A stretch of 64,000 nt of DNA from the human T2T-CHM13v2.0 reference genome, Homo sapiens. Below are positions 13,749 through 27,091 of this stretch, piece after piece. The stretch is taken from NCBI RefSeq assembly GCF_009914755.1, contig NC_060927.1; one strand, 5' to 3'. The number at the start of each line of letters is the position of its first letter. The stretch's first letter is position 1. A program made the translations under genes and the position numbers. The notes beneath the pieces were generated by a model. The model had not been told where the DNA came from and did not search any database. It was given only the letters and a program-made list of their open reading frames with translations.

Positions 13749-14897
13749 GTAAGTGCTTAGGTCATTTAAAAGGCTATCGTGATTCAGAAAGAATCTTGGG
13801 TTAATAACATTGCCACATTAAACAAATTTCAGATTAATAGAAAACTTGCTCTGTTACAAAAACAATCAATTGCAATTTTCAACAAGTTTGGTCATAACTT
13901 AGGCCATTGCTATATTTATTGAAGTCCATTTTTATAAATGTTTCTGCTATTTCACGTTGGATTTATGCTATAAAAATTGTTTTAAGTTAGGCAAGTAGTC
14001 TTAACACTTATACATGAAATTAAATATAGAGTGTTTATCATTTTCTTTGCCTTTTTAACTGAACACAATAAAGAAATGGAGACACTGGCCTTTTGGTAGT
14101 TTTAAAGAAACTCCTAAGGAATGCTTCATTTTCAAGTTACTCTATATTTATTTTTTAAATTTGGGTAGTCACCCTTGAAGAGTTGATCTTTGATTGTTAA
14201 TTAAATTGTAATGTTTTGACTACAATAACATTTTATAAATAAATTTCCATTTATGAATGAAAACTGGCATAGGTAGTTAGTACAATTAATTTTCTAAATG
14301 TAAAATACTAGGTAATAGGGAAAATTAAGAATGTCACAGCAAAAAATGTTGAACTCCTTGTGTTAATTTCCTCAGGAAAGTTACCAATACAGCTTTGCAT
14401 TATCAGAAACATATTTGCTGAATATTTTTAACTGCCTCATCAGAAAAATAGCATTACCATTATCTTCACATCACAGATTGTTTGGAAGATTCTGTGAGAT
14501 GATGAAAAGAGAAATAATTTCAAAATTATAAATTTCTTTATTGATCTCAGTTGTCATTGTTGTTGACTATTGCTAATCTATTATTAAGATTCATTTATAA
14601 TTTTAATTTGATTCATAACTACTTGAATTTTTCTTTAACTTTTTTTTGAAGTAATGACAGACTCACAGGAGTACCAAAATAGTTCTACTGGGTGTTTACA
14701 TTTCCAAATTCTATAGTGTTTTCTTTCCTTTTACTCTTTGATCATCTCCTTCAAGTAAAATTACTTAAATTCACAAACTCATCTATCTGAAGACCTTATT
14801 TTCATTGATTATCTGTTGGCTTTGCTTTTTGTTATGCTGGTCAGAAAAGCAGAATGCTTAATTTATATTTTATTTCTACTTTTTTCTCTTTCTTTAG

Positions 14898-14902
14898 AGT
14901 AA
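14898..14902 (+). CDS. ROBO2: Coding part of ROBO2 terminal exon (AG TAA): completes E-stop or a split T|AG stop
   Basis: Strong acceptor tttttctctttctttag ending at 14897; the exon begins AGTAAATG. Confidence 0.88.
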
Positions 14903-15354
14903 ATGAGAGGAGACATACAAAGCTGCTCTGAAGGACCATCAGGTCCGGACTCATGGAAGTGATGACTCTAAACAGTGCAATGAACAATTTATTTATGTAC
15001 TATTAAAAGAACTGTAAATGCAATGTAAAGACACACAGCCACACATATCCCACAGATATTTTCATTGTGTTCTTCTCTTAAGTACACCACCCACCTTAAC
15101 TCTTTCTTGTCAGGAGTATATAAAAAAGAAAGAAAACAAAACTCGCCCTACAGGAAGAAAAGGATTCTCCTCTGTATATAATTTCTTTTGTGCATTGCTA
15201 TGCAAGCTCACTCTTTTTAGCTCTGCTCATATTATTGTCTGTTCTTATTGGTCTGTTGTACTATATGTGAATTAATAGGCTGTGGTGCCATATATTAACT
15301 TTTAATTGTGTAACTTTTATGTTTAAATTTTGCACTGCAATTTTATTTGGTGAT

Positions 15355-15362
15355 AAGCACAA
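15355..15362 (+). promoter_or_regulatory. miR-218-5p 8mer site AAGCACAA
   Basis: Exact complement of seed UGUGCUU plus A1; upstream tggtgat can pair with the miRNA 3' part. Confidence 0.75.
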
Positions 15363-18300
15363 ATCTCTACTCCTCATGACATGAAGAAAAAGACTGAATG
15401 TGAAGGGAGTTTCTGTACTGTAAGCTAGATTGGATAATGATGGCTGTAACAAATCATGTTAGATGGTTTTCAGTTGGGGTGTAGAAATAGGAAGATGCAA
15501 AGGAACAATGGTGTTGGCAAAGTCTTCTTTGAATATCAGGGACTGAGTCAATAAAAAAAATAGTAGAAAGGTGGCTTTTACTATTGACAAAAGCCGGGGT
15601 CAAAAAAAGTAGTTTAAGTCTTAAGACTGAATATGCATTAAAGTATGCAGGTAGCAAAGATGTAATAAATTTGCTTAAAAAAAGAAATTAAAGTTTTATT
15701 TAGAATCAATTTTACCTGTCATTGTAATTGACCCATCTGAGAATTACAATAAGCAAGAGGAAATTAAGGTGTTTTGCAAGAGCTGTATTTATATTACAGT
15801 TTTTTAAAAACATTTTCTGAATTATCGTAATTAAGCTCTCCAACTCGTTAAGTCAGAATATAATATGAAGTTCCCCAAGGAAACGAACAAAATGAACTCT
15901 AGAATATCTAGCAAATAGTTAAAGAAGCAATTTATTATTAGGGCATACTCGGGCTGTTTCCAAATATAAACTCTATTGCAATATCTTATTTCATCTTTCT
16001 AATACATGTACAGTGCACACTAGAGGATAGAGCTGCATCACTTAAATTCATGACTTAAAAAATAATACAGTTTATATACAACTTGTTTTTTATTTGATTA
16101 AGAAGTGAAGTTTACGCCACCCAATGTATAGCCAAATTGTACGTGCTTAAAAAACAGTGCCGAGAGTATGTTCAGTTCGCAGTAAGTAGATTTATTGGAA
16201 TAAATATTCTATGGTACATTCTCAGAAATTGGCTTCCAACTAAAATACGTTTGACCCATTTTGAATAAGGAAATTGAAAAGAAAAATTTAAAAGGAGAAA
16301 AAAATGCATGTTTATAAACTTTTTAAATAAAACCAGACCTTGTAAGTGGACATTAATAATTGTCCTGCCTCATTTGTTTTCACGACTTTGACAACAAGAA
16401 GTTCCTGAACATTAGTCATGTATGCTCAGAATAAATGTGACTTTGAAATATATGTTAGCTACTGTACATGTATAGTCAGTCAAGTAGAAGAGGACCTTCC
16501 TGAAATTCCCACTTGTGACATTTTCCCATGGGTTTCCTACACAATCTTAAATTTTATTTCTGTCTATACTTTCTCAAATTTTTCCTATGATAAGTTCAGT
16601 TGTTGGTACTCTTCTAAAAATATTCAACGTGATTAGGGTCAGTTCTAAAATACGGGACCCCTTTGAGTGACAATTCGCACTCCATGCATTATTGGCTCAG
16701 TAGCCAATTTTTGTCACGTCGTTATAACAAGGAGATGACATAATTAAACATTTCCATCCTTTCTATTCCCTGAGACTGCATCAGCACAGGCAAGTATAGA
16801 ATGTAATGTTCTTCATGGGCCCCACCAGCTTTTTGGTGCCATGTAATTTATTTCTTCGCTGAAGAGAAAAAGAATTCTGAGACACAGTTATTAAACCCTT
16901 TATCAACTTTCTACCATCAGTGCCTGAATTCTAATGCAGTGTGATTTCTCTGGGACAAAGAGACTGAGGAAGATGAAAAGTTTCTTCAAAGAGTGAATAC
17001 ATACTTATTCACAACTCTAGGATGTGAGGACTTTAAATATCTCTTTATGAAGTTCCCTGCCTAACCTCTTTCTATTTAAAGGCAAACAAATTTCGAAGAG
17101 GTTTTGTGTTCCCTCTTTATGTTTCTCTATGACCCAGTTTAGTCTAAAACCTTAGTTCATTACATATACAACACATAGCCTTTGATCCCTGGTAACTGGC
17201 AGGTGTTGGTGATTAATAAACCAAGGCTTCAAAGTGAAGTATGTGTGTGCAGATGACTTTTGGAATAACGTGGGCATAGCATCATACCTTCCTGATTGTC
17301 TTCAGCATATAAAAATTAACTGTTGTAGTTAAAATTATGTCAGTGCAGAGCTTGTGGTTACTTGGAATGTTCTTTCAGAATAGTCCATGTTGCCTATTAA
17401 ACCTAGTTTTAAACACATTGGGCAGTCAATTTATGCACCCAAAATATCACCCTCAGGTAGATTGAGGGCAAGATAAAATGCTGTATGTAGCTATACAAAG
17501 GAATTCAGAAACATTACTGGAAAGCAAAGCCTTTGTCAGCTTGCTACTGACAAAGTAGTAAAAAGCTACTAATCAGTGTTGAGTCAGATGTCAACAGAAA
17601 AATACAAATACCTATGAGAGCCACAGCAGTTTCTCGTTTCATAGCCGATTCAATGAATATGATTAGAAATTCACTGAGCTCACTCTTGCAGGTTTAAATG
17701 GAGGCCTGCATAAGGACTGCAAGAGGAAATCTGGGTGGGAGAGAATGTAATCTGATCTTGCACTCATAGGCAATGCTGCAATGCAATCATGTCCAATACA
17801 AGCACAGCTTCATTCATAACAGGAAACGTCTTCTTTGGGAAAATAGCTCTATTGGTGCCCAAACTCAGGTATGCCAGTGTATGCAGGTGGAGTCGCCCTA
17901 CCCCTCTTCCAAACATGTCCTGTGAGATTTTTAAAATAAGATGGGATAGTACAGGGGCATGAAAAGAATTGATTCCTTCACAGGATTTGAATCCAGTTCA
18001 AGGGAGAATGTAGAAAATTCAAAACCAACATATAAGGTATCACACAACCAAGAAAAGTAAAACCATTGCAAGTTTACTTGCGTTGAGTACAAAACAGATT
18101 TAATGGTGTTCTATGTCATAGTTTAATGCTCTGGGTATTTAAATATGTTTTCAACAGGATTTGAGTTGAAAGTTTGTAATGTGCTTTGATGGAACACCTC
18201 TCAATTTCTATTCAATAAACTTATGTAATTGTCCATTGACAATATAATGATAACAGTACCATTGAACTCTAAACTGTGGTTTATCTTCACTACTGGGAAG

Positions 18301-18784
18301 CAACTGTGCATCAGTATTAAAGATATGCAGAAACATAATATTCACTAATTTGTTCATCTGCTTCTGTATATTGTTTATGGAATTACATGGCAAGAACTGT
18401 TCTAAAGCAACATGTCTTTCCACATTATTTTAGAGGTGAAATTACTTTTGTTTTGCTTCTCTATAATGTGTACTTCAAATGAAACACCATACTTTTTTCT
18501 AAAAAAAGATGTTCAATTTACTAATTTTTTTAAATCTCATAATTTAAAAAGCATTTGTTGTGATTTTAAAGTGTTGCAAGAAAAGGGATTTTGTGGCCGT
18601 GGGTAGACTTTTTATACTTTGTTTTATAGATGGATTTTTTTTAACTGTAGTTTGTTTAAGTCACCAAGCAGCATCCAAAATCTTAATGTGTTTCATTTGA
18701 TGTTGTTAGATCAGAGAAGAAATTGGCATAAAATCGGTTAATAGTATTGTCAAAGAATTGTGTATTGTGTACTCACTGGGAAAA

Positions 18785-18790
18785 AATAAA
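18785..18790 (+). terminator. Probable distal polyadenylation signal AATAAA
   Basis: AATAAA preceded by TGTA elements (tgtattgtgtac, ~18761-18772) and followed ~15 nt later by CA dinucleotides. Confidence 0.7.
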
Positions 18791-20243
18791 ATATATTCAC
18801 ATTTCAAATTTGTAGAAAAGCCATTTATGTAAAACAAACCTGTTTGTAGACATGCTAAAAAAAGACCAGGTAGCCACTTTTAGAACTCTGCATTAATATT
18901 TTGTGACTAAATGCATAATCTCAGTTTTCTCACTCAGTTATGGTTTGAATAGTGATAAATAGGAACTGGTGTTGACTTTTAGTAGTGACTAACAGACGCT
19001 GATAAAGAATACAGCAAGCATTTGAAATACAGACCCCATTCTATCAGCACTGCTACTTTCCCCATACCATGAAGACCTTTAGATAGATTTAAAACAAATA
19101 TCTTATTTTTGAAAGTATAAGTAAATATGAAAATTGAGAGAAAATGAATTTTTCTCAATTGCTTTAGAAGAAATAATTATGAATTTCTTTTATTTTGGAT
19201 GTTTTTATACTGGATGTTGAAAAGTTATCTCAGGGACTGAGTAGAAAAGAAAAATGCCCCATTTTATTATATTTCATAAATATTGCATTCTTTTTCACTG
19301 CTAAGTACAACTATAGGCTCAATTTTTTTTTCCAAAAATAAAGAGAGGCAGTTTCTGTATTCTTTAAAATAATAATACTAGTGACAGAAAAAAGGAAAAA
19401 GATTATGGTTAAATCCTGAGACACTCATTGAAAAATATTTTTAAAAATACAAGGTTTAGGACAACACATTTTAGAGTTTCATTTAATTTATATTAATAAG
19501 GTGAGAATAAAATAATATTACTGTAATGACAAATGATGTTGCATTAATATAATACAGTGACAAAATATAATATATATGATTAAAGACAAAGTATGTCAAT
19601 ATGATAAATGGTAGGACAATTACAAAAACAACTGTTCCTTTATGGAATTTGTGTATAAAATGGCAAAAGTGTAAAATTATCAGAAAGGTTTATTAAAGTA
19701 ATACACCACACTCTCTTGATTACTGTGTACATTAGCTGGAGAAAAGATATATTAATGTTGCACAAAGGCATTTGAACAAGAAATTATATTTAATGTCCTC
19801 CATTTTTTAAAATGTGATTTTATCTCTTCCACAGAGGAGAGAAGCAGAGTTCACACTAAACTTCATTTCATAGGAAAGATGTGAAATAAAACTGTACAAT
19901 AATACAAAACCAAGTTTTAAAAGTTCAAAACAATACTCCAGTAGAAAAGCTAGCAGGGAGGAGAAAAGAATCTGTTATTTCCAAAAGTTTGTAAAGACTC
20001 TTTTTACTTCGATGAATTTAGTGTGGTGTCAGTTTTGGCCTTCAGCTTCTTAGGCACAGAGAAAGAATCTGACATGTAGGAGTGTGCAAAACTGTCAAGA
20101 ATCCCAAAGACAGACGCAAGACAATTATCCAGCTGTGTGTTTAATATGAAGAACTACAAAGGTGACTAGTCTTTGCATTTTCCAGTCATAACATTTTCTC
20201 CTTGTGGTAGTCGAGCTATAAGAAAAAAAAAAAAAAAAAAAAA

Positions 20244-20580
20244 GGCTGGGCGCTGTGGCTCACGCCTGTAATCCCAGCACTTTGACAGGATGAGACGGGT
20301 GGATCGATTAAGCCCAGGAGTTTGAGATCAGCCTGGGCAACGTGGCAAAGCCCTGTCTTACAAAAAAAAAAAAATGCAAAAACTGGCCAGGCATGGTGGC
20401 ACACATCTGTAGTTCTACCTACTAGGGAGGCTGAGGCAAAAGGATCACTTGGACCCGGGAGGTCCAGGTTGCAGTGAGCAGTAATTGTGCCACTGCACTT
20501 CAGCCTGGGTGACAGAGTGAGACCTTGTCTCAAATAAATAAATACATACATACGTATATACATACATACATACATACATA
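20244..20580 (+). mobile_element. AluJ with (TAAA)/(TACA)n microsatellite tail
   Basis: AluJ diagnostics (agcccaggagtttgag, agcctgggcaac, aggatcacttg); tail degenerated to tacatacataca; preceded by an A run. Confidence 0.9.
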
Positions 20581-22961
20581 GAAAAAGAAAAAAGAGAAAT
20601 ACATGTATATTTCCAAGATATCTGATTATCTATTACCAAAATATTATCAAGTTTATATATGTATGTATTGCAGATATCTTAGTAATCAAGGAAAGCTACA
20701 TTTGTGAGTCACATAGAATGACCTTTTGGCTTACGTCAATATTCATAATAGGAAATTTGCAGGCCACTACAGTGTTCTAAAACCATAGCACCATAACACC
20801 CTTCGCCTATAAAAGACCTTGATGGATATAACCTCTGGGTCATAGACAACATTTTTTGGACAAATTTTAGAAAATGTTTTTCTAGACAACACTTTGGAAT
20901 AATTTGTTTCTAACAAATCTGGGTTTTTGTTTATTTATTCATTTCCTTTGCAAGCAAGTTTTGAGACACTGTGCTAAGAATTAAATATTCAGATTAGTAA
21001 AAACAGCAATAACCTTTGCCTTCATAAATAAATAATATCTTCTGTTAATTATTTCCCTGATTTTTTGCCTAGAAATTTTTGATGAATGTTTTGAAGCTAA
21101 GAGGAAAGAGCCAATAAGCAAGGTCTTCAAATAAATTTCCAAGCCGTAAAATTTGTATTAGCTTCATTCAAATCCTCCATACCCATCATAAAATCTAGTC
21201 TTTCTCAAAAATAGTCTACAGGATTTTAATAGTATTTTTAAAATGAATAAGACAATAATGGAATTGAAGTTCCATAGTTGAATATATGAAGACATTTCTT
21301 TACTACTTGAATCCTTTACAAATCTGTTCAAATCTTATATGACATAAAATCCTTTGTCCTGGAGCATCTTATGAAACAGTACTATGTACAATCTGCTTTA
21401 AAAAATAGTCTCCTAGGAAGTATCATACTTTATCCTGCCCCTAGACTCTATATTAGTGGCCCCAAAGGCTTTGCATGCCATGTCTTGCTGTGGTCTTTTA
21501 AAAATCAATATTAAGTCATGGGAAAGAATCATTCAAATTCTATGTATAATGTGCAGATGATAAAAGAAATGTGCAGTGAGAAATTCATTAATTAAATTAT
21601 GTTTCCAAACCTTATTTGAGATCAGTGCTCAGTCCTGTAGCAACAGGTAAGATTGCATCATGTTCTTTAGTTTCTCTACAATGCTTTTGTGTATTGTCAG
21701 CTCTTGAAATCATTAGGCTAAAACTAAAGCATGGAAATACACCTACTGTCTCCTCCCACCCCTAGCTACTGACCTTCAATCAGATTTCAAAAGTATAATA
21801 TATTTTGAAAGATTTCACAAAAGGATAATTTTTTAAAAGCTACTGTCTGATTATTAATAGTTTCTCCCTGAAGAGGTACTTTGCTTAAAATAGTAGCGAG
21901 TAATGCAAAATGTAGGAAAAGAGGGCTTATAATTTCTCATTAAGATAATACAGAGCTAAGTACCAGTGGAATTTGAAATACAGCTAACTAGTAATGATGA
22001 AAATTCGTATATCCAGAAATGGTTAAATATAGAAGTAACAAAGGGAAGATGAAGATAACCATTACGTGAACTTTCACTGGCTATGAGGACAAAAGAAGTG
22101 AGGGAAGTTAAAGTGGGATGTGAGAAGTAAGAATTTAAATTTACTTGATTAATTTTGAATGATGATAGACTGATGCAATCAATAGATTAACATGTCCCGA
22201 CATAGGTAATATGAGAACAATTACGGATGGGCAATGAATGGTTATTCTAATGAAAAAGAGGGAACAGACAAATGGTGGCAGTCTGAACAAACGACACACT
22301 AGAATACTATGTATTCAACTTAAGAAAAGGAACTACAACATTTTCAATAACTGTGCAAGCATCTCTTTGCAAATAACCACCTACCAAGAATTAAGACACC
22401 GTTTCCATCAATGTTGGTGATGCTATTTTTTCCTATCTTATACAAGTATACTAAAAATGTATAAAACAAATCCCATATACATATGACAACAAAGTACACA
22501 TTTAAAGAAATATGTGTGTTAAATGTCCATATCAACTAATTCCCACTAAAATCATTTGAATAGTTATTATTTAAAAGTTGAAGCTCACGTGCAAAGATAT
22601 TTTAGATTTGTTCTAATATTCCAAGTAAAAATAATTATAAACCTTAAAATGTATTAAGTAGCCAAAAACTGTATTAGGAGCTACACACATATATGCATAT
22701 TCATGCACATATACAAATATACAAATATACATACATAAAAATACTTTTCATTCATTAGAATCCAACCAAGATAGGATGGGGATTGAAAAATACCCATAGT
22801 CATAAAGTATGGAAAAAGGGAAACCTAACAAGAACTACGGGGATTGAGACAAATATCATAGGCTGAATAATACTTCAAATAATCTCTATTTCTCCTAGAC
22901 AAATTACATAGGTGCATTTACATGTATACATATGTATACACACACTTATGTACCCATGCTG

Positions 22962-23277
22962 AGTCATCCTTCAAGATCCACAAAGAATTGGTTCCAGGAT
23001 TCCTACCAAAATCAGTGGATGCTATACCTTAAATATAATGGTGTAGTATTTGCATATAACCTATGAACATCCTCCTATATACTTCAACTCATCTCTTCAT
23101 TACTTATAGCATCTAACACAATGTAAATGTTATGTAAATCATTTTATACTATATTTTAATTGGTATTATTTTTATTGTTTTATTTTTATTTTTATTGTAG
23201 TTTGTTTTCAAATGTTTTCCATCTATGGTTGGTTCAATCTGAGGATTTGGAGCCTGTGAATGTGGAGGCCTGACTGT
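22962..23277. mobile_element. MER2-like Tigger DNA transposon
   Basis: ttggttccagga...aatggtgtagtatttgcatataaccta...ggttggttcaatct...ggaggcctgactgta. Confidence 0.7.
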
Positions 23278-24839
23278 ATATATTTCTATTATACACATCA
23301 CATATATACATACATATATGCATTTATGAAGAAATAGATATTTTGTTGTTCAAATGGCCAAATGTTCCTTTTAAACAGACGAACACACATTGTATACATA
23401 GTATTGTGGTTGGCACAATGTAGTTGGGGGCAGCCAGTTACATTTAATGTGATCATGTTATAAACTAGTTGGGGTGACATAAGGCATAGAGTGAATATTA
23501 TTTTACAAGTAGAAAGTGAAGAAAACCATATAAAATTTAAATTGTTGCAGAAATCAATTTTGGGAGATGACAAGTGGAAGAGAGCATTGAGGGTTGGTGT
23601 GGTCAGGTGAAATGTCAGTGATAAAGGGAATTGACTTTGGCCTTGAATGAGAACAATTAATAGAAAGATAATTTAGAGGAGAGGAAGCAGACACAATATA
23701 GTCTCTAGCCAATGGGAAACTGTAGTCTAATACAGGAACCAGTCATTTGAACCAACATTTGAATTCAGGAGTATCCAAGATATGATAAATAAGCAATATA
23801 CTATTGCAGTAGGGTAAGGAAGGTGGACACCCCATTCAGACTTTAGGCGTCAAGCCAGGCATTACAGACTGACTAACACTGTAGAGAGTGTTATTTCACC
23901 CCAACGAAGAAGTTAAATGAAGGTTAAACTTCCCCTGTACAAAAGCACTGGTTCGTAAGGCAGCACAGCATAATTAACCAGTCAATAGCACACGTGTTTA
24001 GAAAACAACAGGAAATATAGTGGGGCAATACAATGAAGAAAAGGATGAATGGGTTAAAAAGAAGTAGACTAATAACACCTAGAGTGAATAAAGACCTGAA
24101 GGAATACAGGCAAAGAGGCTATTTTGTCTACTTTGCATGCTCCTGTTTTCATTCTGAGCAGATAAGGACATCTCATCCTCAAAGGGGATTTGTGCTTTTG
24201 GAAATGAGAACAGTGCATTCTACCTTCAAATTCTACATATCCACATTTGCCATGCATGCAGTAAGAGTCAAAATAAAGAACATTATAGAAGCCTAAATCT
24301 GCTTAAAATAAACATCTGCCTAAAATAAATAATCCATAATAGAGTGTGAAATATTTCCACTTACAAAGTATGCAGTTGCATGTGAACAACAGCAGGAAAT
24401 ACCAGACAAAACCAGAATGACACCAGTTATGATGAGCATAATCACAAATGGGTCACGGTGACTTTCTACACATGTGCAAGTGAATGCAGCAGAGCCAAAC
24501 CAGACCCCAGGGCTGGAATGGGAACTTCATTAGGGAAAGTTAAGAACAATACACAATGATGATAAATCCTGCAACAATAATCTGTCTGAGAACCAGCCAT
24601 ATTCAAGGAGCACAAGTTCAAGGAGCACAAATGAATCTATATCCTGCACAGAGCAGATGAATGAAAACCAAGGTAACGGTGTGCAGTAAAACTTAGTAGA
24701 CAAAAATGGAATTCAAAGCATAACTTGGTCTTTCCAGCTTTCCTCTCACCTATTCTGCCTTCTACCAGTACTCTAGTGAATTATTAGTTATCTATTATTA
24801 AAGATGAAGAACAGAACAGCTTAAAAATATGAAAAATAA

Positions 24840-25143
<304 letters not shown>

Positions 25144-27091
25144 GAAAAATAATTAGAGCATAAGACTAAATATGGATAATTATGAAACGGCAAAATATAA
25201 TTAATCATCTATTCCCTGCAAATGTATCTTCTGAAATGACCCCATAGTTTTAAAATGCACAATAACTTTAATTTTGTAACACCCGCCAGCTCTCATAGAC
25301 ATACACATACAAACTGCGCACAAAACTCCTTGCTGACAAAACAAACTTGTTATGAGACTTAGGGGCAATATTCAACGTACACTTGAACATGGATTTGCTA
25401 GATAAGTTCTCCAGGCATAAACTATACCTGCTCAACATTCTCTTTGACATATTTCTCTAGTTATAGCTTGTCATCAGGGATTTCAGGTTTTCCTTGTTTA
25501 AATTTAGTGCTATTATAAGTATTTTTTTCCCTTGAAGACATGTATTTTTATTTTTCTAACCTTTTGAGGCTTGAGAGAGAGCATTTCCTAATAAAGATTG
25601 CAGGGTATTTAAAAATATTCAGCACTAAAACGCCATCTCTTATACTCTCTTTGCAATTGCCAGTTTCTGACAGAACACTGAATTGAGGGGTTGCCGAAAT
25701 ATTGAACTGATTTGAATATACTGACACCCATTGAATTATTTTAGCATATTAAGTTGAATGGCATTGCAACTTTTTCTGTTAAATCATCTATTCCATTTGA
25801 GTAATACCCTATCTAAGAGCCCAAAGTCTAAACATATTGAATAAACTAGTAGCAGAAACAGAATAGAGGGCATCAAAAACATGTGTAGAAGCTACTAGGA
25901 ATGTAGTTGTTGAATAGTAAGTTTTGGACTTAAACCCATGTAAGAGCGAAACATTAAAGCATCACTTTACTTTTTATGTCTAAGTAAATATGAAATTGCC
26001 CTGAAGAGGCAAACATATTTATTCTGCTAAAATCTCAAATAAAAAGAAATTTATCAGGAAAGACTTTGTAGAAAAGCTGGGTAAGAGAGTAGCACTATCT
26101 TCAACCACAGCTTTGCAAAAGTCTGAGGACTCTTTTTCAAATAGACCATTTTGTAATGCAAATCTTTTTGAAAAGCTAAGAATTGTAGTCGCAGTAAATA
26201 TTATCTTATCCAAGGCAATCATATTGGTGGTGTTAAAGTGTGAACAGTAGACCAATATTTTTTACTTGGAATGGTCAATCCACTTAAGCAGCATATACTT
26301 AGGGAGTAGATTGAGTCAATATTTTCCTGGGAGAAGATACCTGGATCATCTTAAGCATTTATCAAAATGCCTGAGTGCTGTGTTTAATGAAAGAAATTGC
26401 CTTTAAGATCAAAATGGTTCCTGAATGTGCTCCCAGGAAAGATCTTATCTCTAAAGAAGCTCAGCTTATGTCATAGAATATGTACTTCAATCTGTTGAGC
26501 ACACCAGAAATCATCCAATACACTCTCAAAACAAACACCAAAAAAAGCAGCTCATCAGTTGAATGAGTGAATCTAAGAGACTCCATTTAGATGTTGATAA
26601 TTGTGCACACTAGGTTTGTTTGGTACAGCGACTGCTCAACAACAGTTCTCTGGAAGCAAGGCTACGCTCATTAACAATCATTCTGGTTTTATGCTTACTA
26701 TAATAAGAGAATACACATCTATTTTTTTCTAATAATTTGTCCAAGTTGTTAAGGTTCATATTCAAAAAAGGTATAAGTTTAAAAATGTATACAATTTTCA
26801 TTTTAAAATTGTCATTAGAATACTCCTTGTATATTGGTTAATACTTTGGATGCAAGAAATAATCTGCCCAAAAAGTACAGGTTTAAAAATACAGATTAAT
26901 ATAACTTAACACAAGCTGTCAGATATTTCCAGGGCGGTTGCAGTGAATGAGTTTGAAATGAAATAAATGTAATTAGTTATGAAATAATGTTGCCCAAATT
27001 TTACTCACCTCTTTTGACTAAATTTCTTCAAGACAAAGGCGTGGCATTGAATTTTAAAGCTATCTTCAATTTTTTCTTAATTTAGAGATAT

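Larger units (their letters stand above)
14903..18806 (+). other. ROBO2: ROBO2 long 3'UTR (~3.9 kb)
   Basis: AT-rich sequence after the stop with no recognisable Alu/L1/LTR, rich in miRNA seed matches, ending near AATAAA at 18785. The 3' end is approximate. Confidence 0.8.
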
